DNA of 64,000 bases, from the NCBI GenBank assembly GCA_016207605.1, contig JACQPJ010000041.1, positions 4,264-68,263 on the forward strand, read 5' to 3'. Shown here piece by piece: positions 62,041-64,000 of this stretch. The notes under the pieces were generated by a model. It saw only the letters and a list, made by a program, of their open reading frames with translations, made no database searches and was not told the DNA's origin. Position 1 is the stretch's first letter, and every line of letters starts with the position of its first letter. The position numbers were made by a program, and so were the translations under genes. The DNA comes from Elusimicrobiota bacterium (GTDB lineage Bacteria; Elusimicrobiota; Elusimicrobia; UBA1565; UBA9628).

Positions 62041-63058
62041 GGGTGTTCTCCTTAGACGTTTTCCCGGGGAAGAACGAGACCTGGCGGATCATCTCGCGAA
62101 GGGCGCCGCCCGCCGGCTCGAGAGGGCGGGCCTCCTTGAGGCGGGCGAGGGCTTTTTGGCAATGGATTTCCACGACGAAGGCGCAGTGCCGCAGCCGGCC
62201 GCCTTCGATGAGCAGGCGGCGTATCTCCGCCCGGGCGGCGGCGTCCTCGCGGGCCCGGTCCAGAAGGCGCATGAATCCACGGCGGGCGGGAGCGTCCAGA
62301 GGCTCCAAATGGAGGGCGATGGGCAAGGTGCGCGTCCCATTGGCCAAATCCCGGCTGTGCTCGGCTTGGAACAGGTCGTGGCAGTCTGAGGCCAACTGTC
62401 CCGCCGTGCCGATGGCGCGCCCCACGTCTTCGTAGCGCGCGATCTGCGCGGAAGGCGCGCCGGCCAGAAGGGCGGCCAGCGCGGCCCACAGAGCGATCTC
62501 CTCTCCGCTTTTGCCGGCCACCGATTCTTCCACGGCTTGGGCGCCGACCCGGGCGCGGCCGGCGAAGCCCAGGTCCTGTTGCTGGCCGGCGCTCATGCGC
62601 AGGAGCCCCTCGGCCAGCCGGCGCTGCATCGCCACGATCCGCTCGGGCGGCGCGGCCAGCTCGGCCAGGGCCTTGGGCGCCAGGGCGCAGAGAGCCGTGG
62701 TCGCGGCCAGCTGGACTTGCGCCGGGGGGAAGCGGCGCCACGGCGTCCGGGGGAGATCCCCGTCCGCCAGATCGTCCAGGAGGTCGATGCCCAGGAACAG
62801 GAGGGTCCCCGCGACGGCCAGCGGCAGGGCCGGCGTCGGCTCTCCGCGGAGCGCGGCGTGAACGGCCAAGGGGAGGGAGATGAAGGGAAGGGGCTCCTCC
62901 TCTCCGAGCTGGGCCTCCAAGTTCTCGACCGCAGTCAGCAGCAGCCGTTTTTGGCCGGGGGATTGCGCCTGGACCGACACGAAGCGCTTGGTGCGGGAGA
63001 AGACCTCTTGCGCCGGACGGTACCGCATCGCGGCTGAGTATAGACTGTCTTCAGGCAT
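61970..63058 (-). CDS. Polyprenyl-diphosphate-synthase-fold protein with a degenerate second Asp-rich motif (ComQ-like candidate peptide prenyltransferase)
   Basis: 362 aa. First Asp-rich motif GIDLLDDLADGD. Second motif degenerate: GTAGQLASDCHDLFQ. RDLANGTRTLPIALH resembles the DLxxGKxTLP segment of trans-isoprenyl diphosphate synthases. Confidence 0.6.
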   Translation of the reverse strand: MPEDSLYSAAMRYRPAQEVFSRTKRFVSVQAQSPGQKRLLLTAVENLEAQLGEEEPLPFISLPLAVHAALRGEPTPALPLAVAGTLLFLGIDLLDDLADGDLPRTPWRRFPPAQVQLAATTALCALAPKALAELAAPPERIVAMQRRLAEGLLRMSAGQQQDLGFAGRARVGAQAVEESVAGKSGEEIALWAALAALLAGAPSAQIARYEDVGRAIGTAGQLASDCHDLFQAEHSRDLANGTRTLPIALHLEPLDAPARRGFMRLLDRAREDAAARAEIRRLLIEGGRLRHCAFVVEIHCQKALARLKEARPLEPAGGALREMIRQVSFFPGKTSKENTHGPTENQDADGPLDRRSPIPAGA

Positions 63059-63079
63059 CGCGCCAGTGGAAAATTGTAA

Positions 63080-64000
63080 CTATTGGCGTTGGAGCGAGAC
63101 GGCGGCCTGCAGGATGGCTCCCAGGGGCTCGGCGAAGTCCGCGAAGCGCTTTTCGTCCTCCGGGGTGAACGGGCCGTCGCCCTTCTTGTTGACGAGCTGG
63201 GCCACGGCGAAGACGTTCCTGGCTCGGTCCAGGATCGGCAGGCAGAGAAGATTGCGGGTCCGGAACCCCGTTTCGCGATCCACGTCCGGGTTGAAGTCGG
63301 GACACGCGTAGGGATCCGGGACGTTGGCCGCCCGCCCCGTCGAGGCCGTCCGCCCGGCGATGCCGGTCGAGAGCGGAATCTCGATGGCCAGCGGCCGGGT
63401 CCCGTCTCCGGAGGCGAGCTTGGAGCGGAGCTGGCCGCGCTCCGCGTCCACCAGGAAGATCGCGGCGCGCTCGGCCGACAGCATGTCCCGCACCTTCAGC
63501 GTCACCGCCTCCAGCATCTGGTCCGTGAGAGCCTCCAAGGCCTCGCGGCCGCCCAGCTCCAGCAGGCGGGCCAGGCGCGCGAAGTCCGCGGTCGCCTGCT
63601 CCATGAGGGCGAGAAATTTGTCGTCGGAGAGGGCGGCCACGTGCCGCGCCAGCTCCCCTTTGCGCTGGAGGGCGGCGAACGCCGAGAGCAGGCTTTCCGC
63701 GCGTCCGCCGATGCCCAGGGCGAAAGAGGAGAGGCGGCCGTCCTCCAGCGTCAGTATCCGGTCCGCGACGTCCAGGATGCGGTCGTCGTGCGTGACCAGC
63801 AGGATGGCGCAGCCCTGGCGCTTGGCCAGTTCATGGAGGAGGTCGGCGGCCTCGCGGCCGGATTTGCGGTCCAGCGACGCGGTCGGCTCGTCGGCCAGCA
63901 CGATTTCGGGCCGGCGGACGAGGGCGCGCGCGATCGCCACGCGCTGCTTCTGTCCGCCCGAGAGCTGTTCGGGGTAGCGATCCTGGACGCCGGCGAGGCC
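63080..64000 (-). CDS. ABC transporter ATP-binding protein fused to a C-terminal GAF domain (5' end lies beyond the right window edge)
   Basis: Reading continues upstream of the track's internal Met: ...YPEQLSGGQKQRVAIARALVRRPEIVLADEPTASLD...LLVTHD (signature, Walker B, H-loop). A ~160-aa GAF-like domain follows (AAIFLVDAERGQL...GIAGRTASTG...NLLCLPIL...VAQLVNKK). Confidence 0.75.
   Translation of the reverse strand, partial: GLAGVQDRYPEQLSGGQKQRVAIARALVRRPEIVLADEPTASLDRKSGREAADLLHELAKRQGCAILLVTHDDRILDVADRILTLEDGRLSSFALGIGGRAESLLSAFAALQRKGELARHVAALSDDKFLALMEQATADFARLARLLELGGREALEALTDQMLEAVTLKVRDMLSAERAAIFLVDAERGQLRSKLASGDGTRPLAIEIPLSTGIAGRTASTGRAANVPDPYACPDFNPDVDRETGFRTRNLLCLPILDRARNVFAVAQLVNKKGDGPFTPEDEKRFADFAEPLGAILQAAVSLQRQ

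Overview
High-GC bacterial chromosomal segment from a diderm, judged by LptE, type IV pilus ATPases and the HpnCDE squalene route. It holds about 75 tightly packed genes, many joined by ATGA, GTGA or TGATG stop-start overlaps. All calls come from reading the sequence and the supplied ORF track; no searches were run. Because of the GC content, most long ORFs in the track are antisense or out-of-frame shadows, and several true genes start well inside the listed ORF. Those starts were re-derived and checked for frame. Housekeeping genes dominate: rsmI (fragment), nagZ, dnaX-recR, cystathionine beta-synthase, a 2-oxoacid dehydrogenase E1 alpha/beta pair fused to a cystathionine gamma-lyase-like gene, an ABC-2 exporter, ogt, anmK, comEC, nadK, gltX, pilB-pilT-pilC, uvrC, rpsT, holA-lptE-leuS, an M23 peptidase with ybeY and phoH, glgC, thyX, and rplU-rpmA-obg running directly into hpnC-hpnD-hpnE. 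Accessory content includes two type II toxin-antitoxin modules (HigBA-like, YefM-YoeB), several AT-richer orphan secreted-protein genes, and a three-gene pilin-like operon headed by an 865-aa giant pilin. There is also a family of ~60-nt CTAG-bounded double-hairpin repeats that bracket small gene cassettes. The most interesting locus is at the right end (61.1-64.0 kb, minus strand). It reads ABC ATPase fused to a GAF domain, then a polyprenyl-synthase-fold gene, then four tandem NHLP-like 66-67-aa peptide genes with conserved leaders and variable tails. The synthase gene overlaps the first peptide gene, an arrangement reminiscent of Bacillus comQ-comX. I saw no rRNA, canonical tRNA, CRISPR array, transposase or integrase.
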